In this document: piece by piece, positions 1-44,647 of the stretch
How positions within the stretch are numbered: the stretch's first letter is position 1
Layout of the letters: the number at the start of each line of letters is the position of its first letter
Origin: Amoebidium appalachense
Lineage: Eukaryota > Protista > Ichthyosporea
Reading direction: 5' to 3'
Assembly: GCA_963693365.1 (NCBI GenBank)
Contig: CAVNZM010000014.1
Coordinates: forward strand, 2,170,001-2,234,000
DNA length: 64,000 nucleotides
Made by a program: the position numbers and the translations under genes
The notes under the pieces: model-generated
The model's database searches: none
Seen by the model: only the letters and a program-made list of their open reading frames with translations
What the model was told of the DNA's origin: nothing

Positions 1-151
1 TGTGGTGATACGGTGGATGGTGCTGGTAGTGGTGTGTGGGCAGGTGGGCGTGTATGCGAGCATTTTGGGGGGGATGGAGGGGGGGTCCATATGTTTCTTA
101 TATTTTCAACCTTTATTTATTTTTATTCTTTTTCCCCTCCCTTCCCTTCAG

Positions 152-4905
<4,754 letters not shown>

Positions 4906-6413
4906 CTGGTATAGCTGGTGGTGGGGGTGTGCGGGCGAAATAAACACACGTACATGTGTAGCACTAGTGTCGCACAGGCATTATGATACATGACACACAA
5001 CGCAGACACACAAATACACAAACACATACACACACGGATACACGTACACAAATGCATACACACACCTGCGTGGGCACGCGTTGACGCATGCACGCACATG
5101 CACAAACCATGCAACGCCACACACGTGCTCCAACACATTTATGTACAGATGTGTGCGCACATATATCTATGCTTCAGAGACTCTACACACCCATTCACAC
5201 GAGCATCACACATACTGTTAGTCTTGTTCCCTCTGCACATGTATTCTATGTCCGGGCCCGGTTTTCCCGCATGACTCCTTTTCTACGAAGCAATGCACTC
5301 GTATTTGGCGGCACGCACACCTCAACCACACCTAAACACACACCCGTATACACATAGCTGCCGCTGTAATACGGGATTTATGATGTTTCTGTTCAAGTTA
5401 TCAGTACTCTGAAGTATGCACATGAGATCATATTTCATGAACATGCATTCAAAACCTATTATTCACTTTCGGATTGACTTATACATGTTTAAAAGTGTTT
5501 TTCAAGTAATATGTTAGGGCACCATCGGGGTAAGCATGTTGTATGAATCGAATGTTCTGGGTGTTTCGGTGGGTGGTTTTACCCACAAAGAAATAAAGGA
5601 AGTCATGTGCACGGATCCTGGGAGTCCTTGAAAATAAAGAAGAAAATAAAAGAGAAATATTGGCAAAGTTGTGCTCGTGAGTATTGTTAAAACCTGCTAT
5701 CCCAACTGTCGGATTTCACGTCAATAATTCAGTATTTTTAACCCGTCCATGTTCATGGATGAGAAATGTAAGTCGTGTGCAAAACCAGCTAGAGTAAGAC
5801 TCTGAGGGCATGTTCATGTGCAGCAGTAGCTATGGCGTGTAACAGACACAGCGTGTGCAAGACAGTCGGTGTGCATGCATGTGCGCGTGTTCTTTGTAGA
5901 TCTCACTAGCTGTCAGACATGCGCGATTTATCAGTGGCACTGTACATGTACATGCATGCACGTGTGACACAAATTAAAAGTGCATGACTGTCACAGTGTG
6001 TGCAGTGTTTGGGGGCTGAGATAGCGTGCACGCGTGTGATTTTGAGGGTGTACATGTCTGGATCGATCAGGGGAGTGGGGCTCTATATTTGGCGAGTCGG
6101 CAGGCAGGGCAGGCCGGGTGCACCGGGGGAAAGACTGTGGGCATGTGTCCTGCGTAAGTACCTGTGCGGTGTCAGCCACTGTGGGACAGTGTGCGCGCGG
6201 GCACGTCCCCCCTTCCCCGTAGAGGCCTCCCCCCTCCCCCCCCCACCCCGGCCACTCTTTCTCTCTATGTCTACCTCTGTGTGTGCACGTGTGACGTGTG
6301 TGTGTGTGGGTCCTTACGCAAGGGGTGTGTGTGTGTGTGTGTGTGTGTGCGTGTGTGGCTGTGTTGAATTTGGTAGCCTCAGTCGGAGAAAGGGGTACTA
6401 GGGCCGGGGAGGA

Positions 6414-6440
<27 letters not shown>

Positions 6441-6446
<6 letters not shown>

Positions 6447-6617
6447 CGGAACACGGTACGAAGTACGCATACACGATGAGAAGCATGGTGCAGGGCACAT
6501 GCAAAGGCAAACATTCAAGTATTAAGCAACATCAGCCATGCGCACAGTATGCGTCATAAGCAGAGCCCATCCTCAGGGAGGGCCCAAGCCATCAATTGCG
6601 TCTGAGTTTCGACCCCT
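6441..6617 (-). mobile_element. Poly(C)-associated retroposon, subfamily A, 5'-truncated
   Basis: Reverse complement of the 3' ~175 bp of 39774-40166, abutting a poly(G) tract. Confidence 0.8.
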
Positions 6618-7975
6618 GGGGGCAGGGTCTTAAGCTTGCCCATTTAATTTGCCGCAGTTCGCAATCATTTCGCGATCGGTACAGAAAATGTTGTTCTAAA
6701 CATACGTGGTGGCTGGTGTGTAGTCAGTACTAATTGTCTGCATTTGTGTGTGCATCATGTGTAAGAAGTGTAATTGTTATTGCGTGCATGTGGGCGTGCG
6801 TGTATGTTCGTGCGTGCGCGTGTGTGTGCTTGTGCGAGTGTGTGCGTATGTGTATGCGTGTGTGTGTGCACTGTAGATGCCGGTGCATTCGGTACTGTTT
6901 GTGAGTGTAAGCGTATGCCTGGGCAACCCGTGCACACATGTACTTGAGTACGTGTGCGCGGGCGCGGGCGTGCACGTGTGTGTGGGTAAATGTGTGTGTG
7001 CACGGTGTGTGCATGCATGCTCGTGGGTGTATGATGTTTACGTAATGGATGTACCCCTGCCCGTCTCAACCTGCAGAAATATAACATATGGGGTTTGGTG
7101 TACATGTAAGGAGCGACATAGCAATTTGCACATGGCTATATCTGCATCTGATTTGAAAAGAAAGGTTCCTGCCTTTTAGAGAAACGTTGAAACGGGAGCT
7201 AATGTACAGGCCGAGTCTAAATACATGGATTTCTATACAGCATTACACGTGCAAATAATGCGGAACATTGTAAGCACGGTTTACACGATCTAATACAACC
7301 ACATCAGGAGGCGCAAGCACACAGCGAATCGCTACATAGCAGCCATTATTATCATGGGAACAATTAAATATTCATAAATATATCTAGTTAGTTTTGATAG
7401 CTGAGCCCCCCAATGCCGCTAAGTGTACATGGTAAGTTTCTGATATCATTACCAGGACATAATGCTAACAACAATTCACTTCCTGCACCAATGCCTGTCA
7501 GTGACATGCCCAAGAGCTATTTCCTCCTCGTCATTTTTACAGCCACGCTGCTATGAACTGCAGAAAACTCATGAAAACTTATATTTTAAGAGTAAACGTT
7601 AATTTTTAAACTTCGGTAAGAAGCTGCATTACAATTACTCCTTGCACATAAACTCTAAGGGGGCTCAGTTGTTTCCTGACTAAAAAGGACACTCCATGCA
7701 CACTTTTAAGGTTCCTTACCCTAGCTAGCCCATATTCCCCCATGGGCCGTAAAAAAAAACAAAGGCAGGAAGCAAGAAAACAAGATTCCTCCCCTCTTCA
7801 CCCCCCCCCCCCCCCCCCCCCCCCCCCCCTTCCCCCTTGAACGCCGGCTATCCCAAACTTCATTTTACTCACTCCCAGAATTCAATTGAACAATATTCAC
7901 AGATGCGGCCTACCGGGATACACCTCCACATGTATAATCATTGCCGGTCCCCTCACCCATTACCCGGCTGCGATC

Positions 7976-8728
7976 TCAAAACGCAAACAAGCGGTTAAAG
8001 CTCCTTTTTTGTCTCAGAGCAGACCCAGGCATACTGTGGGACCTGTGCGTAGTTGCATCCGGCATGAACGGCAGCGATGAGCCCATCTTCCCACCTACAT
8101 TCACCGGCACGTCACCGATCACATCCTCCTCCACAATGGCGCTCGTGTCTGTGCGGCAACGTCTGCACGCCAACGTCGAGGATTCGCCCGACCTCTTACC
8201 AGGCGTGCGGCCGCTCAGTTTTCTTTCTAGTGTGGGACTGTGTTTTCCCTTACTGGCATGCGTATAATCCGAGCTGCTATGTGTGCGCCTGAGTTCCAGC
8301 GGCTCATCCATGGATAGTGTTGGTGAGGGGGGAACACTCGGAACTTCTAGATTTGCGTGCGTGATGGAGCGGGGGACGCTCTCTTGGCTACTCAATGTTG
8401 TGCTTGATGATGCCGTCGTGGTGCTTGAAATGCTACCAAAGGATAGAACGGATCCACCCCCGACCGATGCTCTTTTATCGAGCGAAAAATCACACAGACC
8501 TAGTTCCTTCTCCCTCGCCGCCAACTTCGACTGTTCCTCCAACAGAAAATGGATTCTTCGTTCCGTGGCCTGTGCCAGTTCTTTTCGTTTGCTTGGCGGT
8601 AGATCCGCGAGCAAAACTGCAAGACTAACGCGTTTCTTGTAGCTGACTTGCTTCGCTGCCTTTTGCTGTTGCTTGGTGAAAGCAAGCTCTCTGCTAGCGC
8701 TAGCTATCACAGACATTCTTGCCCACAT
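7976..8728 (-). CDS. Hypothetical intronless Ser-rich protein (~250 aa); alternative ATG at 8716
   Basis: 753-bp ORF in non-repetitive sequence with a coiled-coil-like N-terminal half and a Ser/Thr-rich region; divergent from HOP2. No family recognised. Confidence 0.6.
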   Translation of the reverse strand: MWARMSVIASASRELAFTKQQQKAAKQVSYKKRVSLAVLLADLPPSKRKELAQATERRIHFLLEEQSKLAAREKELGLCDFSLDKRASVGGGSVLSFGSISSTTTASSSTTLSSQESVPRSITHANLEVPSVPPSPTLSMDEPLELRRTHSSSDYTHASKGKHSPTLERKLSGRTPGKRSGESSTLACRRCRTDTSAIVEEDVIGDVPVNVGGKMGSSLPFMPDATTHRSHSMPGSALRQKRSFNRLFAF

Positions 8729-9909
8729 ACAAAACACCCCTGTTGAATGTTGTAGTTTTTGATGGGGCTGTGAAGAGATCCAGTGATTGTGTGCTGCGAA
8801 GTAATTGCTGTGGCGGAGTAGAGATCAAAGAAAGATCTAAGCTATATATTGAAAACTCTTTATTTGTGCTTTCTACCGATATATTTTCTAACTCTTTTAC
8901 CTGTTTAAGTTTTAGTGGTGGTCACTCATGCCTCTTCCCCATGCTAGTAGTGCCGTGCAAGGCTCACAAGGTGGTCAATCCTTGCCGTGCTCAACTCGGA
9001 ATAACTCCGATCCGATCCTAGCTAATTCTTGCACCCAAGAAAGGCTTTCTTGCAGGAAATAGAGAGACTAATCAATGGACTCTGGCACAACGTCATAGAA
9101 CTTTTCTGCAAGAAAACACGTGTTTTCGAAGGTCGCTCCTTCTTTTTTTCATGACGTTCACGGTGTGCGCAAAGTCACGTCGGCGTCACCAAGAGGATTT
9201 TATCCTCGGTAATCTGCTGAGTTTTGATTGGTGAATAAAACAGAAAACCAATTAAAAGAGACGGTGGCTCAATGAATCTTGATCGTTGAAAAACCATCTT
9301 CACAAGAGAAGCAGACACTGGGAGATGGCTTCTACTTTCATGTTTAAACTTAGCTTTCAAATTTTTCTTATGGAGAAAAAGTACTTTTTGTTAACGTTGC
9401 CATGGGGTGAAAATGTGCACTTTTGTTTGTGATCATACCGCATGTTCAGGTCTCTGCGATATCCGGTCGTGACTGGGGCGGATCTAATCTATTTCGCGCC
9501 AAAACACTCTATTCACCAATCAAAACAAATTTCTTTCAAGGAGGAGAAAGCGGTTACGGACTCCGGACTCCGGAGGCTAGCCTGCCCCAAGCTTCCCCAA
9601 AACCTTTTCGAAAAGGAGAGCGAGTAAGGGGATTTGTGGGTCTAAAGTACATAGTATAGTGATAAATGAGTAGGGAAACGGTGCTAGTATGAGCACATGT
9701 CCACAATATCACATTCAGAGATAGTTTGTGTTGCATACATAGACTGACGTTTGTCTGTAATAATCCAAGTCCCTTAGTTTAGTTCTTGAACCAATGCTTT
9801 GTCGTTGATTCTTCGTCGTTTTCAGCCGACGCAGGGGTCCCAAACTGTGTCATAGCTTGTTTTAACTACACAACTCTTAATTCCCCGGCGCCTCTGAGCT
9901 ACCTACATC

Positions 9910-17947
<8,038 letters not shown>

Positions 17948-18146
17948 ATATAGATGCATGACCTAAAAATAGATGGTGTTATTGAAAGGGGGTTTGAATT
18001 AATATCTTAAAAATAAAATGATGTGATAACCTTGATGTATGCACGTGCTTGAATGGGTAGGCTGGGATGTGTAGGTGGGTGCCACTGGATGGGTTTCTTT
18101 CTGTTTTATTTCATTTATTTCTTTGAGTTTTATTTATATATTTCTT

Positions 18147-18189
<43 letters not shown>

Positions 18190-19162
18190 GGGGGGGGGGG
18201 GGGGGGGAGGGGGGGGGGAGACTCCGGGAGATATATCAACGGTTCTTGTTCATAACCACGGGGTAACTCTACATACGGTTATTAACAAATCAGAGGAAAG
18301 CAAGTCTGTGTTTTACAAACACATACTAGCCACATATTGAATAACCACGTACATACGTGATTCTCATGGTGTGGAGGCTTATCTATGCTAATTGGACTCA
18401 TTCGTGCGCTGTAAGAGATTATTACTATATTTTAACTGTGGCTCAGAATCATAGTATGAACTGACATTGCGGTCTTCTGCAACATAAAATCGGCACCAAG
18501 AATATTTTTGTCGTATTATATATCCACAGCTCAATATGCACAGTCACATGCATATCTGAGAGCCGTTTAGTGAATGGCTTTATGGTGTTTTGTACACGGT
18601 ATGATTGCATGTCCTGACACCCCCGCAAATGCTCTGACCCGCACATATCCACACACACACACACATCACGTGCACACACGCACTAGTATACATGTACATG
18701 CACGCACCCACGGAGAAACATAGGCACACACACAGGTATATGTACACGCACGTGCACGTGCATCATGCGCAGGCACCGTGACAAGCACTGACACACGCAC
18801 ACCGCTCACACGCCCACACGTGTACACACATAGAGAGAGAGGCAAAGTAATCATTCTTGATCGTGTGCATACAGCAACATACACACACGTGTGTGTAATG
18901 TGCAAAGACTTTCCGGGCTATGGAAAGGGGTATTTGTGATGTCTCGGCAAGTGCAACTCACTTTGCAAAAGAAACAAAAATGGAAGATTGAGAAAAAGGG
19001 GGTGTACCTGGTCGCCGGATCGAGGGGGTAACGTTTCCCTCGCGCAAGTACGTGTGGGTGAATGTGATTGTGTGTGGGGGCATTGTGGTGGTGGTGGTGA
19101 TGAGTGTGTGTGTGTGGTTGGGTGGGTGGTGTGGGGAAGGAGGGGGGGGGGGGGGGGGGGGG

Positions 19163-19256
19163 TAAATTTGAGTGCGGAACACGGTACGAGGTACGCATAC
19201 ACGATGAGAAGCATGGTGCAGGACACATGCAAAGGCAAACATTCAGTATGCAACAT
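19163..19256 (-). mobile_element. Poly(C)-associated retroposon, subfamily A, 5'-truncated
   Basis: gcggaacacggtacgaggtacgcatacacgatgagaagcatgg...; poly(G) on both sides. Confidence 0.75.
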
Positions 19257-19262
19257 TAATAT

Positions 19263-19304
<42 letters not shown>

Positions 19305-20091
19305 AGGGCAAAATTATGATATCATGACCATGGTAGGTTTTTTATCGTTGCGCGTGAGGCTTTCGTTAGAAAGCGCCACACAGGGTTCTCGGCCAGGTGT
19401 GTGTGACATGTGTGTGTGTGTGTGACAGCGTGCATGAAGTAAAATGAGAAAACATTCAAAAACTGGCTGATTATCCGGTTTTTAACTTATACGTATACTG
19501 TCGGCTGCGCGGACATATGTACCATGTAACACATACAGTAGTAGCCACCACTGCATACAGATCTTCGAACAGATCAATTATTCTCTCACGCTCACAGCAG
19601 CTTAAAGATCTCAAAATGCACGACCGTTAGGTCTCTAGATTCAATTAAGCAAAAGGAACCCCATTTACACATGGCTACTCCCCCCCCCCCCCCTCCTCCT
19701 CCTCCCCCCCCCCCCAAACACACACCACACCCACCCACTTTGCGCCCCGGCCAAAAAAAAAAAAAAGAAAAAGAAAAAAAAGACACACCACTACGTACAT
19801 CCCACAAGTGTACACAAGGGCATACACCACAAACACACACACGCCGTTGAATGGGCACACGAGCACATGCGCCGAAATCCAAAAACGCAATCAATACGTG
19901 CAGCCGCCACACCGAGTCTCAGACAGATAACAGGAGACATCGGTCAGGGGAATGACAAGAAGTACAAAAGACCCCCCCCCCCCCCCCCCCACCTTTTTGA
20001 CCGAAAAAAACAACCAAACAATTATCCAAGAAACACGCAAAAGAAACAGAGAAACATAAACCATTACTAATGATGTCAATCCTTACCCCCT

Positions 20092-26390
<6,299 letters not shown>

Positions 26391-26695
26391 TTTCACTTAT
26401 ATCTTCGCTGTGACGATAGAATACAGTCTATAGGCAACATAAACTGAAAACAGTTTCGGTCAAGAGAAACAACAAACGAAAGGGACTGGTTTTGCCAAGA
26501 TTCGAACCAAGGCAGATACAAGTTTGATACCCAGTTAGCCCCTACTTGTCTATATCTTCGGTACGCCCCCGATACAATGAGCTCTTGAAAATCTCCGTTT
26601 TAATAATTATAATAGTTCAAGCAACGTTTGGGGTTTCCAGCCTCACAAACACAAACACGAACATGCACGTGGGTGAGCCCGCGCAAGCGCCAGAG

Positions 26696-27206
26696 AGAAA
26701 TACCTCAAATCGGCCCTAGCGATCGGTGATATCACGGCCTCGTGATATCACCGTGATAACACTGGCTATCACCAGGATTTGGCCGGTACGGCACAGTGAA
26801 AAACGGTGATATCACGGTGATATCTCGCCGTCACAAATTTCCCCTTTGTATACCGCCCGTGATATCACGTGGTATCACTGATATCACGACGTGATACATG
26901 GTGATATCGCCGTGATATTGCATTGTGATAACGTGATATCACTATGGTATCACTGTAGTTTTCTTTTGACTCGGTTTTATTGATCCGTTGATGAAGTTTC
27001 ACGGTGGTATCATGGTGGTATCACCTGAATTCACCGTAGTAAGCGTGTGATCATCCCATGACCACCGTGATAACTCCCGGCACAATACAGTATATCATAC
27101 CAACTTTTGGTGATATCACCGGCAGACCGGTATTATCACCACCACTGGTACCGCCGCGTGTGTGCCACGGCGTGTTGACACGGGTGTCACGTTGCGTGTG
27201 CGTGTG

Positions 27207-27254
<48 letters not shown>

Positions 27255-27281
27255 TGTGTTTGCGTGTGTGTGTGTGTATAT

Positions 27282-27329
<48 letters not shown>

Positions 27330-30300
27330 ATGCATGTGTGTGTTTTTTTTTGTTTTTTTTTTTATTTTTTATTTTATCACGTTTTGTTCCCGGAGGCCTT
27401 TTCAGGCCCTCTAGGGAAACTACCGTCTACCACACAGCACCGACAGTACACTAGTTAAGGTGCTATCTATGAGTTCAGCTAAGCTAAACCATCCTTCACA
27501 ACCTAACTATAAGTACACACTTTGCCCAGGGCTACTACCCCAGCCACGCCGGCAGGAGGCTCCAGTCCTCCCCTCCATTCAAAAACCTAGCAATAAACGT
27601 TAACCGAGGGCTCTCATTGGTCGATCTACAGTATTGGGAAGTCCTAGGTGTTGTGTATAATATTTACGGTGGGTATGGGTGGATGATGGGGTGTGGTGGT
27701 GGTGGTGGTGGGGGGTTGCTGCCTAACATTATGTGTTGGTGTACGTATGTTGTGGCGATGTTTTTGTGGACTAAAAGGTGGGTTTTACAGGGCACACCGG
27801 GTCTGTGGGTGTTCCGGCATTCAGAACAGGCCGGCCGGGTGTGTGTGGGGGGTGTATTTGTTGGTTTTTTGGGTTTTTGGAGAGCCATACTTTTCTTTCT
27901 ACGGGTGGTGGGTATATGGTGGTGTTTTTGCATTTTAGGGTGGGTGGGGGGGAGTGTTGTGTTCCGTGGGTGCCAAATTTTTGCAAAGAAAAAGGATTGC
28001 AACTCTACTGTGATTTTTCCTAAGATGGCCCGGGTGGTGGTCTTGGTGGTGCCGGTGGCTGCAAGTAGTGGGCCCACCGATCGTGGGCAGAATCCCCGTT
28101 CGACCCACTTGGTGTCTTCGGGGTCAGGTGGGTCACCGTTGCCTCCTATCCAGTTTATCCATGCACATTGGTCTACCACCGTGGCTGCCGTATGGTGGTG
28201 CTGTGCCGTGGGGGTGTTTGGATGACGATCGTGCAGGACGTTGTGGATGCAGGCTGTGATGGCGGTGGTCAGGGTGGGGACTTCCCCGGCATGGGCCGGG
28301 CAGGCCCAGAGGTGGGTGGTGGTCTCAGGGTGCTGGCTGCACCGGGGGCATGTGGGCTGTGTAACGACGGTGGGGTGATCTCGGTGTAGCCGTGCCATGG
28401 TAGGCAGGGTGCCCATGGCCAGGGACAGGCTACGAGTGTTTCCTCTGACTGCCCCGATGGTTGCCTGTGTGGGCCCCTTGTTGAGCTTGAGGGGGTTCCG
28501 TTCGGCTGGGAGCAGTCTGGGGTCGGCTAGTATGGACATAGCCTTGGTCTTGCCGGCCATGTCGGTGAGGAAGTCCTTGTTCAACCGGTTCAGTGTACCG
28601 GGAATGTTGCCGGGGATACGGTGGCCTTGTAGTCGTAGGAAGTATTTCCCCCCCCCCCCCCCGGGGCCGGAGGTAGGGGGGGGGGGAGGGGGAGGACTCT
28701 TCCTGCATTGGCTGCCTTGTCTGCCTCGTTATTCCGTTGACCGTACCGTTTGGTGTTGGATTGGTGCCCCTTCACCCACGATACCTGTACAGAGCCTGGT
28801 TGCCGGAGAGAGAGTTGGTCTCGTACGTGAGCCCATTCCACTATGTGGGGGAACTTTAGCTTGCGTCGAGGGGGTGTGGTGGGGTCTATATTTGCCGTCC
28901 ATCGGTCGACTACTCCGAGGTTATCGAGCTTGATGTGGATGGGGGTGGTGGTGGGGGTGAGCAGGAGGGCTAGTAGTACCCCTGTGAGTTCGGCTTGGGT
29001 GGATGATAGGGCCGTATGGAGCCTGGTCTTGGCCGTCACTGGAGGTGCTTTCCGGTCCGGGGTGTCCAGTGCCGCCCCGGCTCCGGCCTGGGCTATCCTC
29101 CTGCCCGGGTGGATGAGGCTGCCGTCCGTATAAACGGTGATCGGTTGGTCTGGGGGGATCAGGGTGATTTGCTGCTGCCACTCGTCATAGGTGGCCTGGG
29201 GCACCAAGTCGGTGTAGGTGAGCCTACGGGGAGTGGGTGGGCTCGGCAGGTCAGCCGGGTGGGCCGTGCACTTGTGTCCTGGTGGTGACCCTACCGGTGG
29301 TGGCTGCTGGGGGGGGGGTGGGCCGGGGAGGTCCCCCGGTAAGGGTGTGGCTTCCTCGTTGGCTTGCAGGTGGAGCATCTGGGGTGATGCCTGTTGGTGG
29401 GGGGGAAGATGCCGCCGGAAATGGTGTATCTTCCTCCACTGCTCGGCCGGATCGGAGCCATCCTTCAGTGCGATGACTTGGTAGATGTCGATACTGTCGG
29501 TGTTGATGAAGTCCTTGTGGTACTTCGGGACTACCATGTGGGTGGTGATTCGGGTCTTGAAGGCCACGTAGGGGTCTGCCCGTATCACCTCCACAGCACG
29601 GGTCCACCCCACACACTGCTTGTTGTGGGTGTGATTATCGGCTGGGGGCTCAGGGGGCTCGTATTTGCTGTTGGTGCTGTCGGTGTTAGAGTCCTCTGAG
29701 TCGTCGGAGTCGTCGCTGGGCCCCGTCGACTCCGATTCTGGCTCCGTGTCTAACCCTTCCCCCTCTCCGTCTGCGTACCCGGGGTTTGGGAGAGGGTGGC
29801 CGGGGTGTAGGCTAGGTTCCATGGGGAGTGGCCGTATTTGCAGTCACCAGGGCAAAAGCGGAAATGAGCTGTTCCATGTGGGTCGTTCCACGTGGGTCGG
29901 TGCCATCTCAGCCCCTCCTCCTCTGTGTTGTCCCGTAGATGGGCTATTTTGACCCAAGCCTCCCCGTTGTGGGTGGTGTGGGCCACCACCTGGCTGAGTT
30001 CGTATTGCCCGTTCTTGACTATTTCCACCACGAATGCACCGACGGGGTGGTTTGGCACGAGGTCAATGGTGTGGTGGGTGTGTGGTCTGGGTGCTGGCCG
30101 TAGTTTGTCTGCGATGGGGATGGCCCCCTTGATGATGGACCTGTACCACTGTGTAGCTCCCGGGTGTAGTAGGTCTGGGGGGTGGGGCAGTTCGGGGAAC
30201 GCCCGGAACACCCCCGGCCGTACCATGGTGTCCTCCACCGTGTAGAGTTGACGGGGGTGTGTGTGGGGGCCGATGTGGGCCGCAAAGGTGTGGTCCGGGA

Positions 30301-30339
30301 AAACGGTGTTGATAGGGGTGCTGGGCATATGTGTGTGTG

Positions 30340-30378
<39 letters not shown>

Positions 30379-31024
30379 AAATTTGTGTTTGATGTGTGTA
30401 GCGCTGTGTGTTTGGGGGGGGGGGAGGGGGGGGGGAGGGGGGCGGGAGGGGGGGGGGGGGAGGGGGGCATTGTCGCACAACACGGTCAGCTGCACAACAC
30501 TGCAGACCTATATATTCATCATGAGCATAGCCAGAGAAGTGAGAGCTATTAATTATTTAGGCCTGATTTATTATCCTATATCCAATCTTAGCTATAAAAG
30601 AAACTCTAAAATATCCGTGCTCATAATGTGCTACGCTTTTTCCTGGGTTGCGGCGCTGATGCGGCGACTATACTGACATAGGCCTATTATACGGCGACTC
30701 GCTTCCCTGACAATTAGAACCACTTGTTGTAACATAAATTTATATTATCGTGAGATCATAGTCTGCAACTGAAAAGATTTTTCAAGTGATTTGTACGAAT
30801 CGTTACCGCCTAAAACCTTTTCAAACATAAACTTGCAAATTTTTAAGCGATGAACGCCAATGGGGGGCGGCGTGTTATCGCGTGATATCACCGCAGGCTC
30901 ATGCATGTCAAACTTTACTCGTGGTGATATCACCGTGTTATCACCAGACCGCAAAAAGGCCCAATGTGATGACAATCGGTGATAAATGGTGATATCACGG
31001 GGATGCCCGATTTGGGGTATTTCT
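26696..31024. mobile_element. Non-autonomous TIR element with subterminal arrays of the palindrome GTGATATCAC, interrupted by a LINE
   Basis: TIRs agaaatacctcaaatcgg (26696-26713) and ccgatttggggtatttct (31007-31024), 17/18 match. About 20 exact or degenerate GTGATATCAC copies at 26725-27140 and 30870-31000. Confidence 0.75.
27343..30329 (-). mobile_element. 5'-truncated non-LTR retrotransposon: ORF2 C-terminus with RNase H and CCHC zinc finger, 3' UTR and A-rich tail
   Basis: RNase H motifs ITVYTDGS, QAELTG, KLDNLG, SWVKGH and NNEADKAA (~29145-28705); zinc finger CPRC-x7-H-x3-C (~28350-28295); T-rich tail at 27343-27376 on +. Frameshifts near 29835 and in the C/G tract at 28648-28690. (GT)n on both flanks. 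The RT domain is not present. Confidence 0.88.
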
Positions 31025-31431
31025 GGCGACAGATAACGGTCACAAGGCATATTGATTGGACAAAAGCGCATCACTAATTACGCAAAAACCAAGATCTGAC
31101 CTCGGGTGTAACGGCTCCGGCTCCGCCTTTCTCGAGCTCAGGCAGACGCTGCAGCTGAGACTCCCTGAGATATGTGGCAGCTTGGTTGGGCAAGCTCTTG
31201 TCTTATGACAAAGTAGACCTTGTTTCAGGTTTTTTTTATTGACCAAGTCAGTCTTTTAGAGCAGGGGCCATACAGAGGCTGCGAAATTTCCGCATTCACA
31301 CCTTGGCGGTGCCAGCCTGAGGTGGAAGAGGAAATCTATATAGAGATTCTCTGTGCTTTGGGAAGGCTTACATTTATAGAGAAAACCAAGTTACACTGCA
31401 GTGTTTACAAGGGACCGGTTTAGTAAATAAA

Positions 31432-43028
<11,597 letters not shown>

Positions 43029-43238
43029 TGGCCTTTGGGGGGGTGTTTTTTTTCTTTCTTTTTTTTTTTTTTTTTGTGTGTGTGTGGGGGGGGGGGGGGG
43101 GGGGGGGGGGCAGCTTAGCTAACTGCTCGATAGAATGTGTTTGTACCGTGATAATGCATTGAGAAAATGTAAACATTGTGGGCACACCGTTGAAGGTGTG
43201 CAAAACCAATCGTTGGTGGTGGTGGTGGTGGTGGTGGT

Positions 43239-43308
<70 letters not shown>

Positions 43309-43328
43309 TGGGTGGGTGGGTGGGTGGG

Positions 43329-43361
<33 letters not shown>

Positions 43362-43874
43362 GGAAGGTGCAGGCGTAGGTGAACAGAGAAGAACACAAGG
43401 TAGAGGGCATAAAACTTATTAGTGGCATATCAAGCCCCCGTCTTAATTGCTCTGTGGTCGTTGTGATTGTTGTGATGATAAGCAAAGTATCACCGCACCA
43501 TATTTGTGAATAATGGGAATTAATAAGGACCCGTATACGGGGGTGAAAGCTTGTGCTAAGAAATTTATGGTCTTAAAGCCTCTACGTGTAGCCTGATATG
43601 ATACCTGTTTTTATGGATAAATGCTTGCAAGAACGAGCACAGATACACCGTTGATATAAAATAAAACGTTTGCGCAAGTGTACCCAATTATGTACCATCA
43701 CATACATATCCATGTGTGCATACATGAAATTCGGGATCATTTTTGGTATTACTGAGCATGTATCGGTGTTTGCATAATCACCTGTGTACAAAACACAGAG
43801 ATGCAGACGGTTTCACCGCAAAACTTATCTTGATGAACTTGGTGACTGAAACAAAAGCAGACTGCATAAGTCCG

Positions 43875-43913
<39 letters not shown>

Positions 43914-43943
43914 GAGTTGAGGGTGAGGTGGGGGAGGGGGGGA

Positions 43944-43974
<31 letters not shown>

Positions 43975-44389
43975 AAGGGGAGGGGGGGAGGAGAGAGAGC
44001 ACGAGAGAGAGAGAGCTAGAGAGAGAGAGAGAGATCTAAAGAAAGAGGGAGAGGGAGAGAGAAAGAGAGAGGGAGAGGGGGAGAGAAAGAGAGAGAAGGG
44101 GAGGGGGAGGGGGGAGGAGAGAGACAAGGGGAGGGGGGGGGGGGGGGGGGGGGGGGGGGATTCGAAGAGAAGGAGTGATGTATTTGCTGCATCATACTGC
44201 ATCCCAGTGGCACCAGAATATAACTTGGACTCCAAAAGTCAGCTTTCTAACTTTCATCGCATTTACAGGTTAAAACCAAGCAATTTCCGTTCCTGGCCAC
44301 CCACAGTAGCCATTTTCCCGTATAAACATTTATTTCATTATTGCTTTGAACTGGGCAGCCTGCCTGAGACTCGGCATCTAATCACCCAC

Positions 44390-44484
44390 CACCATTAAAA
44401 CTTAACGCTGTGCAATACTTGGTCAACTCTTGACAAAGTGTACAGCGTTCTTGACAAAGTGTACAGCGTTAAGTTTTAATGGTG
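44390..44484. mobile_element. Tiny hairpin/MITE with a perfect 22-bp inverted repeat
   Basis: caccattaaaacttaacgctgt / acagcgttaagttttaatggtg, with an internal 21-bp direct repeat. Confidence 0.55.
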
Positions 44485-44647
44485 TGATCTGAGTGGATCT
44501 CGCACCCGTGGTTGATAACTCACCCGAAAGATGTTTAGGAATTCACATATCTTGGGTCCAGCACATACACAGTCAACGTCCCACTCACGTTCATCATGAG
44601 CATGATAGACTAGTAACACTTTGAAAGTTTAACGACTAAGGGTTCAA

